From positions 33,731 to 97,730 of the forward strand of contig JAJFJJ010000049.1 of assembly GCA_021774195.1 (NCBI GenBank): a stretch of DNA of 64,000 nt, written 5' to 3'. A program made the translations under genes and the position numbers. Below, in pieces: positions 19,046 through 31,568 of this stretch. The first letter of the stretch is position 1, and each line of letters begins with the position of its first letter. A model generated the notes under the pieces. The model was not told where the DNA came from. It searched no databases and saw only the letters and a program-made list of their open reading frames with translations. The DNA comes from Nitrosomonas sp. (lineage in GTDB: Bacteria; Pseudomonadota; Gammaproteobacteria; Burkholderiales; Nitrosomonadaceae).

Positions 19046-20425
19046 ATGCAGGCATTAAATACTTTCTGGCTCTCTTGTCTAGAACATTTCAAAAAAGAAT
19101 TAAATGCCCAACAATTCAATACCTGGATCAAACCACTAAGGTTAAACCCATCCTTAAAAAATGATTCCGAAATAATATTGATAGCACCAAATCGCTTTGT
19201 TTTACAATGGGTGCAAGATAATTTTATTTCTCGTATAGAATTAATGTCTCAAGAATATTTTTCTAAAAAAATTATTTTTCATTTAATACTTGCCGATGAA
19301 AAAAAGCTTATTAGTGCTTCTCAAAATAAAGAAATAAAAATAGAAAAGCCTTTAAATACTGAGAATCCTTCAAATGGAATTAATTGCAGAAAAAAACAAA
19401 AGAACCCTAGTCAATTAAATCCTAATTTCACTTTTGACAATTTTGTTACTGGTAAGGCTAATCAACTTGCTCGTGCTGGTGCTATTCAAGTAGCCGAATC
19501 TCCTGGTAGTGCATATAATCCACTTTTTATCTATGGTGGCGTAGGTTTAGGGAAAACACATCTGATACAATCTATAGGAAATTATATACAAGAAAATGAC
19601 AATAAAGCCAAAATACGATATGTCCATGCGGAAAAATATGTTTCCGATGTTGTCAGTGCATATCAACATAAAGCTTTTGATAAATTTAAACTTTACTACC
19701 ATTCTCTAGACCTCTTGCTCGTTGATGATGTACAGTTTTTTGGTGGAAAGAATCGCACACAAGAAGAATTTTTCTATGCATTCAATGCACTAATTGAAAC
19801 ACACAAACAGGTTATTATAACGTGTGACTCTTACCCTAAAGAAATATCCGGTTTAGAGGAAAGACTTGTCTCTCGTTTTGGCTGGGGATTAACTGTTGCT
19901 GTTGAACCGCCAGAGTTAGAAATGCGTGTCGCAATATTATTAAAAAAAGCAGAACAAGATAAAATAATTCTTGATGAAAATGTCGCTTTTTTTGTTGCCA
20001 AACATATAAGATCAAATGTAAGGGAATTAGAAGGCGCATTAAAGAGAATTCTTGCGTTCTCTCGCTTTATGAATCAAGATATTACACTTGATTTAACTAA
20101 AGAAGCCTTAAAAGACTTATTAGCTGTTCAAAATAGGCAAATATCGATTGAGAATATTCAGAAAACCGTTGCAGATTACTATAAAATAAAAGTTTCTGAT
20201 ATGCACTCAAAAAAAAGAACTCGTATCATTGCACGTCCCAGACAAGTTGCAATGGCTATAGCCAAAGAATTAACACCATTAAGTCTACCGGATATCGGAG
20301 AGGCTTTTGGTGGAAGAGACCACACAACCGTATTACATGGTTATAGAAAAGTAAAAGAACTACGTATTTCTGACCCAACTGTTAATCGTGACTATAATGC
20401 ACTAATACATATTTTACGTGGTTAG
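19046..20425 (+). CDS. dnaA: Chromosomal replication initiator protein DnaA
   Basis: GGVGLGKTHL Walker A, LLLVDDVQFF Walker B, and C-terminal DNA-binding GGRDHTTVLH. Confidence 0.97.
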   Translation: MQALNTFWLSCLEHFKKELNAQQFNTWIKPLRLNPSLKNDSEIILIAPNRFVLQWVQDNFISRIELMSQEYFSKKIIFHLILADEKKLISASQNKEIKIEKPLNTENPSNGINCRKKQKNPSQLNPNFTFDNFVTGKANQLARAGAIQVAESPGSAYNPLFIYGGVGLGKTHLIQSIGNYIQENDNKAKIRYVHAEKYVSDVVSAYQHKAFDKFKLYYHSLDLLLVDDVQFFGGKNRTQEEFFYAFNALIETHKQVIITCDSYPKEISGLEERLVSRFGWGLTVAVEPPELEMRVAILLKKAEQDKIILDENVAFFVAKHIRSNVRELEGALKRILAFSRFMNQDITLDLTKEALKDLLAVQNRQISIENIQKTVADYYKIKVSDMHSKKRTRIIARPRQVAMAIAKELTPLSLPDIGEAFGGRDHTTVLHGYRKVKELRISDPTVNRDYNALIHILRG

Positions 20426-20476
20426 TAATTATTGAATAAGATGGGGAAAACCCTTTAATTCAATAAAACTAAATTT

Positions 20477-20485
20477 TTATCCACA
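20477..20485 (+). promoter_or_regulatory. Consensus DnaA box (TTATCCACA) in the A+T-rich dnaA-dnaN spacer
   Basis: Exact ttatccaca at 20477-20485. Confidence 0.7.
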
Positions 20486-20612
20486 ATTTACTCAGTTTTA
20501 ATACAATGATCTTACAAGCTCAATTTAAACTATAACGCATTAATATTTAAATCGTTTTAAACTTTATACATGATTTTCCAATTCATTATTAGTATTACTA
20601 GTTTTTTAATAA

Positions 20613-21728
20613 ATGATTTTAATTAAAACAAATAAAGAAAAATTATTAAAACCTTTACAGACAGTTACTGGTATCGTAGAAAAACGTCAAACACAACCAA
20701 TACTTTCTAATGTTTTAATTACTTGTACAAATGGTGAAATAAATTTTCAAACGACTGATCTTGAAATACAAATTAAGACCTTTTCAAAAGAAGAAATTTT
20801 TGCAGAAGAGTCTTTTTCTCTAACTGTTCCAGCAAAGAAACTTCAAGATATCTTACGTTCTTTGCCGTCAGATACCGAAATAATAATCAGTAAAAAAGAC
20901 GAATACCTATCTATAAAATCAGGAAAGAGTAAATTTAATTTGCAAATCCTTCCTGCTGAAGATTTTCCAAAAATAACAATAGAAAATAATTTGATTGCCA
21001 GTATTAATTTACAACAAATTAAATTAAAAGAACTTTTCCAAAAAGTTCAATTTTCGATTGCACAACAGGATATTCGTTATTATCTCAATGGTCTTTTATT
21101 GCAAGTAGAAGATCATTCATTAAGAGGCGTCGCAACAGATGGTCATCGTTTAGCTTACTCGTCTATTGATATAGAGAAAAAATTTGAAAAACAAGAAATT
21201 ATATTACCAAGAAAAACGGTATTTGAATTGACAAAGCTTTTAGATGAAGTAGATGATGAAGTGACTATTGAAATTTTTCAAAAGAAAGTTCGTTTTTGTT
21301 TTTCAAATATTGTTTTAGTCTCAAAGGTCATCGAAGGAAAATATCCAGATTACAATCGTGTTATCCCTCAGAATAATAATGAAAAATTTATTTTAAATCA
21401 CGCTAATTTTTTTAATGCACTACAGCGTGTTGCAATTCTTTCTAATCAAACGGATCAATTAAAAGGGGTTCGTTTAGTAATTAGTAATAATAATCTCAGT
21501 ATTTATTGTAAAAACTCGGAACAAGAAGAAGCAACAGAAAGCTTAGAAATACAATATGCACAAGAGAATATTGATATTAGTCTAAACATTACCTATTTAT
21601 TAGATCTCTTAAACAATGTTCCAAGTGATACGATCCAATGCGCATTAGAAAATGCGAATAGTGGTGTTTTAATCACGATACCAGAAGACAAGAATTATAA
21701 ATATATTGTTATGCCAATGAGAATCTAG
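20613..21728 (+). CDS. dnaN: DNA polymerase III beta sliding clamp
   Basis: 371 aa with a three-domain clamp-like sequence, a C-terminal VMPMRI, and dnaA-dnaN-gyrB order. Confidence 0.96.
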   Translation: MILIKTNKEKLLKPLQTVTGIVEKRQTQPILSNVLITCTNGEINFQTTDLEIQIKTFSKEEIFAEESFSLTVPAKKLQDILRSLPSDTEIIISKKDEYLSIKSGKSKFNLQILPAEDFPKITIENNLIASINLQQIKLKELFQKVQFSIAQQDIRYYLNGLLLQVEDHSLRGVATDGHRLAYSSIDIEKKFEKQEIILPRKTVFELTKLLDEVDDEVTIEIFQKKVRFCFSNIVLVSKVIEGKYPDYNRVIPQNNNEKFILNHANFFNALQRVAILSNQTDQLKGVRLVISNNNLSIYCKNSEQEEATESLEIQYAQENIDISLNITYLLDLLNNVPSDTIQCALENANSGVLITIPEDKNYKYIVMPMRI

Positions 21729-21787
21729 CTTTATAATGCATAAAGTTAATAATTTTATATTAATAATCATCAGTTTATAAATCATAA

Positions 21788-24226
<2,439 letters not shown>

Positions 24227-24243
24227 TCTTTATCAGTGTAATT

Positions 24244-24276
24244 CCCCCGTCTATGTGGACGGAGGGGCTTATTTGT
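24244..24276. terminator. Putative bidirectional terminator hairpin between convergent gyrB and typA
   Basis: cccccgtc (24244-24251) pairs with gacggagggg (24258-24267) with one bulged A, followed by cttatttg. Confidence 0.45.
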
Positions 24277-24333
24277 AGTGAGACAACGTTACAAGACGAG
24301 CAATTTTTACATCAATCATCCTTTATTATAAGC

Positions 24334-26148
24334 TCAAGCTGCAACTCGAGAAGCACGTTTACGTTCATGCTCTAATAGTAAACGTTTACGAATACGAATG
24401 TTTTGAGGTGTGATTTCGACCAATTCATCATCAGTAATAAATTCAATCGCTGATTCCAATGTGAGTTGGATTGGTGGTGTTAGTGTTACAGCTTCATCGG
24501 TCCCTGATGCGCGAATATTGGTTAACTGTTTACCCTTAATCGGGTTAACAACAAGATCGTTATCACGACTGTGAATACCTATCACCATACCTTCATATAA
24601 ACGATCACCCGGGCTAACAAACATACGGCCACGTTCTTGTAATTTCCACAAGGCATAGGCAACTGCTTCACCCTTCTCAGCAGAGATTAAAACACCGTTT
24701 CTACGTGGCGGAATTTCTGCCCGCATTGGTGCAAATTCATCAAATACATGGCTCATTAATCCTGTTCCTCGTGTCATGGTCATAAATTCAGATTGGAAAC
24801 CAATCAAACCACGGGCAGGGATACGATAGTCTAATCTAGTTCGACCTTTAGAATCGGAAACCATATCTTGTAAATCACCACGGCGTGACCCTAAAGCTTC
24901 CATCACAGCGCCTTGATTTGCTTCTTCCACATCAACAGTGAGCATTTCAAATGGTTCACATTTCTCACCGTCTATTTCGCGGATTACGACATGTGGTCGA
25001 GATACGGCTAGTTCATAACCTTCACGACGCATATTTTCCAACAAAATAGTCAGATGTAACTCGCCACGTCCAGAAACTAAAAAAGAATCTGTATCCTTGG
25101 TGTCTTCCAAGCGCATGGCAACGTTAGTCAGTAGTTCTTTTTCCAAACGTTCGCGCAACTGTCGACTCGTAATGAATTTGCCTTCTTGTCCGGCAAAAGG
25201 CGAAGTATTGACCTGAAAAGTCATGGTTAGTGTTGGTTCATCAACCGCTTGAATGGGTAATGCTTCAGGTTCATTGATATCAGCAATGGTTGTACCAATG
25301 CTGAGTTCTTCAATACCATTAATGAGCACAATGTCGCCTGCTAAGGCTTCCTTCATCTGAACACGTTCCAGACCGTTAAATCCAAGTACTTGATTAACTC
25401 TAGCTTTTTTGGGTGTTTTATCCCCAGTTAAGACCATCACATCTTGAGCCGGTTTTAAACGTCCACGACGGACTCGGCCAACGCCGATACGACCGACGAA
25501 ACTAGAATAATCTAATGCACTGATTTGTAATTGTAATGGTTCGTCAGGATCGCCTTCAGGCGATTGTACATGTTTAATGATGGTATCAAACAAAGGACGC
25601 ATATCTTCACTGGGTTTTTCTTGATCCAGCATGGCAAAACCATTGAGTGCCGAAGCATAAACCACTGGAAAGTCGAGTTGGTCGTCATTTGCACCTAACT
25701 TATCGAATAAATCAAAAGTTTGGTCTACCACCCAATCAGGACGTGCGCCGGGTCGGTCTATCTTATTAATTACGACAATCGGACGTAAACCTAATGCCAA
25801 TGCCTTCTTAGTTACAAAACGGGTTTGTGGCATTGGACCTTCTACCGCATCAACTAATAGCAATACGCCATCAACCATCGATAAAACGCGTTCTACTTCA
25901 CCACCGAAATCTGCATGACCAGGCGTATCGACAATATTAATGTGAATATCTTCGTAATCTATGGCACAATTTTTAGATAGAATTGTAATGCCGCGTTCCC
26001 GTTCAATATCATTAGAGTCCATTACGCGATCAGAAATTTGCTGGTGTGCGGCAAAAGTACCAGCCTGATGTAATAGTTTATCCACCAGCGTTGTTTTGCC
26101 GTGGTCAACGTGAGCAATAATAGCGATATTGCGAATAGGGCGAGACAT
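24334..26148 (-). CDS. typA: Translational GTPase TypA/BipA
   Basis: [20 protein letters not shown]1 motif, DTPGHADF, 604 aa. Confidence 0.97.
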   Translation of the reverse strand: MSRPIRNIAIIAHVDHGKTTLVDKLLHQAGTFAAHQQISDRVMDSNDIERERGITILSKNCAIDYEDIHINIVDTPGHADFGGEVERVLSMVDGVLLLVDAVEGPMPQTRFVTKKALALGLRPIVVINKIDRPGARPDWVVDQTFDLFDKLGANDDQLDFPVVYASALNGFAMLDQEKPSEDMRPLFDTIIKHVQSPEGDPDEPLQLQISALDYSSFVGRIGVGRVRRGRLKPAQDVMVLTGDKTPKKARVNQVLGFNGLERVQMKEALAGDIVLINGIEELSIGTTIADINEPEALPIQAVDEPTLTMTFQVNTSPFAGQEGKFITSRQLRERLEKELLTNVAMRLEDTKDTDSFLVSGRGELHLTILLENMRREGYELAVSRPHVVIREIDGEKCEPFEMLTVDVEEANQGAVMEALGSRRGDLQDMVSDSKGRTRLDYRIPARGLIGFQSEFMTMTRGTGLMSHVFDEFAPMRAEIPPRRNGVLISAEKGEAVAYALWKLQERGRMFVSPGDRLYEGMVIGIHSRDNDLVVNPIKGKQLTNIRASGTDEAVTLTPPIQLTLESAIEFITDDELVEITPQNIRIRKRLLLEHERKRASRVAA

Positions 26149-26288
26149 AAATAATTCCTCAAAAATAAGCTGTTAGTTGATGCAATGGGGGGCGACATTA
26201 TAGCAGTCGATTGATAATATAGCTAACTAATAGTCTGATTGAATTTCTTTTAAACTAAAAAGTAGATTATATCCATGTTGATGATGAA

Positions 26289-27257
26289 ATGAATGTTCAA
26301 ATACCTGCACATATTTGTTATTTATCTGAATCCATATTAGATAGCTTGCAATTGACAAGTCAAGACGTGGTTAAAAGTATAGAGCACCTGATTTACGGTC
26401 GTAGTCAATCGCAAGTATGGAATGCACCAAAAGCTGTCATAACGCCGCCTGATGGACGATACATGATGGCCACATTGGCTGCAGCGAATGATCCACCATT
26501 TCTTGCAGTCAAATCACTGCTACTCAATCCAGAAAACCCAAAGCGTGGACTTAAAAGTATTAATTCATTAGTGACCTTGATGGATAGTGATACCGGGTTA
26601 CCATTGGCTATTCTGGATGGGAACTGGATCACAGCAATTCGCACAGCAGGATTAAGTGCTGTGGCAGCAAAACGGCTTGCCAGAACGGATTCTTCTGTCG
26701 CAGCGTTTATCGGTTGTGGCGTACAGGCACATAGTCATTTAAAAATTTTCTCTGAATTATTTCCATTAAAAGAAATTAGAGTATTTGGCCGGGGTGTTCT
26801 TAATCAAGATAAACTTTGTCAAAGTGCAATAGATATTGGTTTATCTGCTGTTGCCAGCAAAACCGCACAAGATGCTGTACACAATGCTGATCTAATCATC
26901 ACTTCGGTAACCCTATCACCACAACTTCAACCTTTTTTGGATGCACGTTGGCTAAAGCCGGGTGTTTTTGTCACCATGACGGACTTGGCGCTACCTTGGT
27001 TTACTGAAAGTATGTCAGTATTTGATCGAATTGTTGTTGATGATCTAGAGCAGGAATCTAGCATGACAAAACCATTGGTGGACCCAGCACTGGTTTCTGG
27101 AGATCTTACTGGTTTGGTCAATGGCGATATTGCAGGTCGTTGTAATGAAAATGAACGATCTGCCTTTATTTTTCGTGGTCTTGCTTTAGGGGATCTTGCT
27201 GTTGCTGGGTTAGCTTATCAGAAAGCTATTGAATGTCATAAAAGTATGTTGTTTTAA
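26289..27257 (+). CDS. Ornithine cyclodeaminase/mu-crystallin family protein
   Basis: About 320 aa with a Rossmann segment AAFIGCGVQAHSHL and overall OCD-family appearance. Substrate unknown. Confidence 0.75.
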   Translation: MNVQIPAHICYLSESILDSLQLTSQDVVKSIEHLIYGRSQSQVWNAPKAVITPPDGRYMMATLAAANDPPFLAVKSLLLNPENPKRGLKSINSLVTLMDSDTGLPLAILDGNWITAIRTAGLSAVAAKRLARTDSSVAAFIGCGVQAHSHLKIFSELFPLKEIRVFGRGVLNQDKLCQSAIDIGLSAVASKTAQDAVHNADLIITSVTLSPQLQPFLDARWLKPGVFVTMTDLALPWFTESMSVFDRIVVDDLEQESSMTKPLVDPALVSGDLTGLVNGDIAGRCNENERSAFIFRGLALGDLAVAGLAYQKAIECHKSMLF

Positions 27258-28084
27258 ATCATCATTTCTTTTTCTTTACATAATATTTTTTCAAATAGGG
27301 TGATGATTTCTTGTTCACCATAAGATTGTATGTAATGGTCATACTTTGGACCAGAGTTCATTTCTAATAACCGGTATTTATCGTGCCAGTCTTTAATGAT
27401 GTCAAAACCCACATAATTTAAACCCGGTAATTCTAGAGCGGGCTGTACAAACTGTGTTAAGGCCGACAATTCTTTCAGGTCATTGATGTGAAGCGCATGC
27501 CCTTTATTAGTATCCCAGTATCGTAAACCGAATTCTTTGTTTTCAGAGATACGTTGGTAGCATAGTAGTAGTTCATTACGAAAAAAAACAGCACGGAATT
27601 CTTGTTGAGGTCGGATGTATTCTTGGGCTAAAGCAATATAATCATAATTGTAACTATTTTGATTGAATATTTTATTGAGAGCAATCTTTATCTGTTTTTT
27701 ATTTTGACATAAAAAAACATTAGACCCTAATGAGCCACTGTTTTTTTTGATGACGACTGGATAATTAAATTCTTGTTCAATTTTATGGATAATCGATTCA
27801 AGTGAAGCATAATTGACATATTTTTTATAATTATCGTGAGTATTAAAATCAAGAAATCCGAATGTTTTTGGCATTGCTATCAGATTGCTAAGTAGATGAT
27901 AAGCGTGCTCCTTATCCTTGCAGATAGAAGCCATTACTTCAGAATTAAATGGTGTGCGGTTATTTTGGAATAATAAGCCCCCAGCTAATGCGACACTGAT
28001 AAAGTTTTGTTCAATATCGATACTTTTATACTTGATATTTTGGTTGATACAGGCCTGTATTAAACATTTAATATGGATTTCCAT
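27254..28084 (-). CDS. ATP-grasp family ligase (RimK/GshB-like), A+T-rich
   Basis: VVIKKNSGSLGSNVFLC, AQEYI and LLEMNSGP segments resemble ATP-grasp nucleotide-binding elements. Lies 57 bp downstream of cheB on the same strand. Confidence 0.65.
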   Translation of the reverse strand: MEIHIKCLIQACINQNIKYKSIDIEQNFISVALAGGLLFQNNRTPFNSEVMASICKDKEHAYHLLSNLIAMPKTFGFLDFNTHDNYKKYVNYASLESIIHKIEQEFNYPVVIKKNSGSLGSNVFLCQNKKQIKIALNKIFNQNSYNYDYIALAQEYIRPQQEFRAVFFRNELLLCYQRISENKEFGLRYWDTNKGHALHINDLKELSALTQFVQPALELPGLNYVGFDIIKDWHDKYRLLEMNSGPKYDHYIQSYGEQEIITLFEKILCKEKEMMI

Positions 28085-28141
28085 ACGCTAAAGTTTTTGA
28101 GTTTATCCTGACATAAGCTTCAACTTCTAGATAGTTAACGC

Positions 28142-29194
28142 CTATTTTCTAACTAGGCCTAATAAATAGGAAGACATTTGTTCCAGTTTAACCACTTGGT
28201 CAACTGCATTTAGAGCTATTGCGCTACCAGGCATACCATAAACAATAGCACTGTCTTCATCTTGAACTATAGTGTGTGAACCGGCATTATGCATTGCTAA
28301 TAATCCTTCAGCACCATCTGAACCCATACCAGTTAATAAAATACCAATTCCACCGTCCCTACAAGTTTCTGCAACAGATTTTAACAATTGTGTTGCAGAT
28401 GGTCGAAAACCATCAACTTCAGCATCAGTAGTCAATTTTGTGACTAAACCATTATGATTTCGTCCAACTTTCAGGTGTGCATTATCAGGCGCAAAATAAA
28501 TGGTACTTGGTATTAATGATTGATTATCTTCAGCCACAACAACCGCTAGTAAGGTGTTTCCTTTTAACCACGTAGCTAAACCACCAATAAACCCTTTGCT
28601 CATGTGTTGGGTAATCACTATGGGTATGGGAAAATCTAATGGTAGCTTTGACAATAATGTTAGTAAGGCTTGTGGGCCACCAGTTGAACAACCTATCGCA
28701 ATAATTTCATGCGCATGAGTTTTAGTTGGTTGTTGAATCACTGGTTCGAAAATATTCGATTCGTCTTTACAAATATGTCGAATACGTCTAACTACTTTAA
28801 CTTCTGCCATTGAACGTATGGTGTCAATGAGTTCTCTACGCATAGCGTCAAAATCAGGGTGATTAAATCCTTGTGGTTTTTCTACTACCGCTAAAGCACC
28901 TTCTTCAATGGCCCGAAAAGTAATTTTTAATTCTTCATCATTGACACTTGAGCTAATGACAACAATCGGCACTGCATTGGTAGACATAATTATACGTGTT
29001 GCTTCAAAGCCATCCATCACGGGCATACGAATATCCATGGTGACTAAGTCGGGCTTTAGTTCCTGTGTCAGTTGAACGGCTTCACGACCATCCTTAGCTT
29101 GCCCGATGACATGCATATCCGGCTCATTCTCAAAAATTGTTTTGAGTAATAAAGTAACGACACTTGAATCTTCTACAATTAAAATCCGTATCAT
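28142..29194 (-). CDS. cheB: Chemotaxis response regulator protein-glutamate methylesterase CheB
   Basis: N-terminal REC (ILIVEDS ... TMDIRMP) plus an esterase domain with STGGPQAL and GMGSDG. Confidence 0.94.
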   Translation of the reverse strand: MIRILIVEDSSVVTLLLKTIFENEPDMHVIGQAKDGREAVQLTQELKPDLVTMDIRMPVMDGFEATRIIMSTNAVPIVVISSSVNDEELKITFRAIEEGALAVVEKPQGFNHPDFDAMRRELIDTIRSMAEVKVVRRIRHICKDESNIFEPVIQQPTKTHAHEIIAIGCSTGGPQALLTLLSKLPLDFPIPIVITQHMSKGFIGGLATWLKGNTLLAVVVAEDNQSLIPSTIYFAPDNAHLKVGRNHNGLVTKLTTDAEVDGFRPSATQLLKSVAETCRDGGIGILLTGMGSDGAEGLLAMHNAGSHTIVQDEDSAIVYGMPGSAIALNAVDQVVKLEQMSSYLLGLVRK

Positions 29195-29217
29195 CTGTTT
29201 CCTTTTGATTATGCTTG

Positions 29218-31497
29218 TTATATCAACTGATTGATTACATCAAGTAAAACTTTAGATTCAAATTGACTTTTGACAATATAAGCATCAGCACCGACTTCTA
29301 TTCCTCGACGTTGTTCCGCTTCGCTATTTAAGGAGGTTACAATGATAATTGGGATATGTTTAAACTTATCCGTCTTTTTAATTCGTTCTGTTAATTCAAA
29401 ACCATTCATAAATGGCATTTCTACATCGGTAACGATTAAGTTAAAATCGTGTTTTTGGATCATATCCCAGGCATTTTGCCCATCAACAGCAACATGAACT
29501 TGATAGCCACAAGCCTCTAATGTAGTTTTCTGAAAAGTTCGGATTGTAATTGAATCATCAACGATTAAAATGTGACAGGGTTTAGTTTCTGTAGATTCAT
29601 CATTGACTTGCACCGGCGTTATATTTCCTAAGCGCAGTGCAGAGATCACTAAATCATTTGTGTTGAGCACAATAATAACTTCATCACTACCAACAAAAGC
29701 AGCACCCATAACATTACGGATTGATTTTAAAGGTTGTTTTAAGCGTTTAATAACAAGTTCTTGTTCACCAATAATTTCATTAACCAGTAATGCAACACGT
29801 TGTTGACCTTTAGAGATAACGACTACAAATAAATAATCTAAAGACTTAAACTCATGTTTTTTTAATTCTAGGACAGTTGCCAAGTTACGCAATGGTATGG
29901 CTTCGTTGTTTAACAAAATCGCTTGACTTCCACCAATATTAATAATTTCGTCGCGCTTAATTTCAGTGACATGTTCAACTGAAGAAATTGGGATCGCAAA
30001 GTTGTCATCTCCAATGCGTATCATTAGACCATGATCAGTTGATAAGGTTAAAGGCAAATTAATGATGAAATGCGTGCCTTTTCCTTGTTGTGTCTCAATT
30101 TTGACGGTGCCTTTTAAATTACGCACATTGGATAAAACAACATCAAGCCCTACGCCACGACCGGAGATATCGGTAATAATTTCTTTACTTGAAAAACCCG
30201 GGCGAAAAATAAGATCAAGAATTTCAGTTTCACTTAGTGCGGCAATTTCATGTTGAGGCAATAAGTTTTTTTTGATGGCTTGATCTGCAATGGTATTAAC
30301 GTTTATTCCACGACCATCATCGCTGACGGTGATAAGAATACGATCATTGGCTTTAACAACTTCTATAGTTAGTTGAGCTATTTCAGGTTTATCAGAAATA
30401 ATGCGTTCTTGCGGCGTTTCAATACCATGGTCAATCGCATTACGTAGCAGATGAATTAATGGTGCTTTTATTCCTTCCAGAATAGGTCGATCAAGTTCAA
30501 TTTCGCCACCAATTATTTTAAAATCAATTTGTTTACCAAGTTCTTGTGCAATATCTCTTACGTTTCTACCCAAGGGTTGTAATTGTGTCGTTGCAGGAAC
30601 TAAGTGCATGCTACGCATTTGATCTTGCAGCTGCATAAATAATAAACTGAAACGATTAGTACTTTCACGCATTTGTTTATAAAGTTTTTGTGTACTAATT
30701 CGGAATCGATTTATAGCAGAAGTTGTTGCCGTTAACGGGCTACTCTCTTGTTGAGCCAGTATAGAAGTATCTTCGGCTTGTTTTAAAGCGGTGAGACTTT
30801 GGACCCATTCACGAGAAAATGATTGAGAATCTTCATATAACTGTTTAATCTCATTGAGATGTTGCATCATTTCCATTTTGGAAATAGTTAGATCTTCAGT
30901 GATTGCAGAAATTTGATCTAGTTTCTGTAGCGATATTCGTACTATTCCATCTTCTTCCGTTATTGGAGCAATTATGGCTGGCGCTTCTTCTTGTGTTTCA
31001 TCAGGAAGTTGTTCGTGTGTGACAGGTTGTTCATTTGGAAGATTTACTTTTTCATTAATCGTAGTGTCAGTACGATCTGTTTTGTCTTCTTCGTGCGACC
31101 AATTATCTAATTGTTCAGTAAGTTCTTGAAGGTCAAAATCTAATGGCACTTTCTTTTCAAAGGAAACCATTGCAGACTGCATTTTATCAAGGCTCAGTAA
31201 ACAAAGATTAATTAGCGAAGCGTTAACGACAAATTTTTCGTCCCTAAATTTACTAAATAAAGTTTCCAAACTATGTGCAATATTTCCAATGTCCTTAATA
31301 TCTATACCGCGTGCCGCACCTTTTATGTTATGTGCTGAGCGAAAAATATTGTCAATACAATCTTCTCGTTGTTTATCTTTAATTCCTTTTTCTAGTAAAA
31401 GCAAGCCTTCAGTAATCACTTGTATTTGTTCGTCTAGTTCGGATTTGAACATAAGCAACAATTGATGCAATATTTCAGGATCGAGTTTAATTGCCAC
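29218..31497 (-). CDS. cheA: Hybrid chemotaxis histidine kinase CheA with C-terminal receiver (WspE-like architecture)
   Basis: Hpt (SAHNIKGAARG), HATPase (HLLRNAIDHGIE, DDGRGIN, GRGVGLDVV), a CheW-like domain, and a C-terminal REC (ILIVDDS ... TDVEMP). Confidence 0.93.
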   Translation of the reverse strand: MAIKLDPEILHQLLLMFKSELDEQIQVITEGLLLLEKGIKDKQREDCIDNIFRSAHNIKGAARGIDIKDIGNIAHSLETLFSKFRDEKFVVNASLINLCLLSLDKMQSAMVSFEKKVPLDFDLQELTEQLDNWSHEEDKTDRTDTTINEKVNLPNEQPVTHEQLPDETQEEAPAIIAPITEEDGIVRISLQKLDQISAITEDLTISKMEMMQHLNEIKQLYEDSQSFSREWVQSLTALKQAEDTSILAQQESSPLTATTSAINRFRISTQKLYKQMRESTNRFSLLFMQLQDQMRSMHLVPATTQLQPLGRNVRDIAQELGKQIDFKIIGGEIELDRPILEGIKAPLIHLLRNAIDHGIETPQERIISDKPEIAQLTIEVVKANDRILITVSDDGRGINVNTIADQAIKKNLLPQHEIAALSETEILDLIFRPGFSSKEIITDISGRGVGLDVVLSNVRNLKGTVKIETQQGKGTHFIINLPLTLSTDHGLMIRIGDDNFAIPISSVEHVTEIKRDEIINIGGSQAILLNNEAIPLRNLATVLELKKHEFKSLDYLFVVVISKGQQRVALLVNEIIGEQELVIKRLKQPLKSIRNVMGAAFVGSDEVIIVLNTNDLVISALRLGNITPVQVNDESTETKPCHILIVDDSITIRTFQKTTLEACGYQVHVAVDGQNAWDMIQKHDFNLIVTDVEMPFMNGFELTERIKKTDKFKHIPIIIVTSLNSEAEQRRGIEVGADAYIVKSQFESKVLLDVINQLI

Positions 31498-31568
31498 TAT
31501 TGATCTCCGGACTCAGAATAGGTAGTATAAAATTTAAAGGCTAAGAAATGACTGAATTTTCATGTGTA

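Noticed and set aside
24227-24333. Switch from plus-strand to minus-strand genes at gyrB|typA as a replication landmark
   Set aside because: The switch is convergent, the opposite of what an origin gives. The later divergent switch at about 48.2 kb has only a 115-bp spacer and is followed by mixed orientations. Strand bias alone is not informative here, and GC skew could not be computed by eye.
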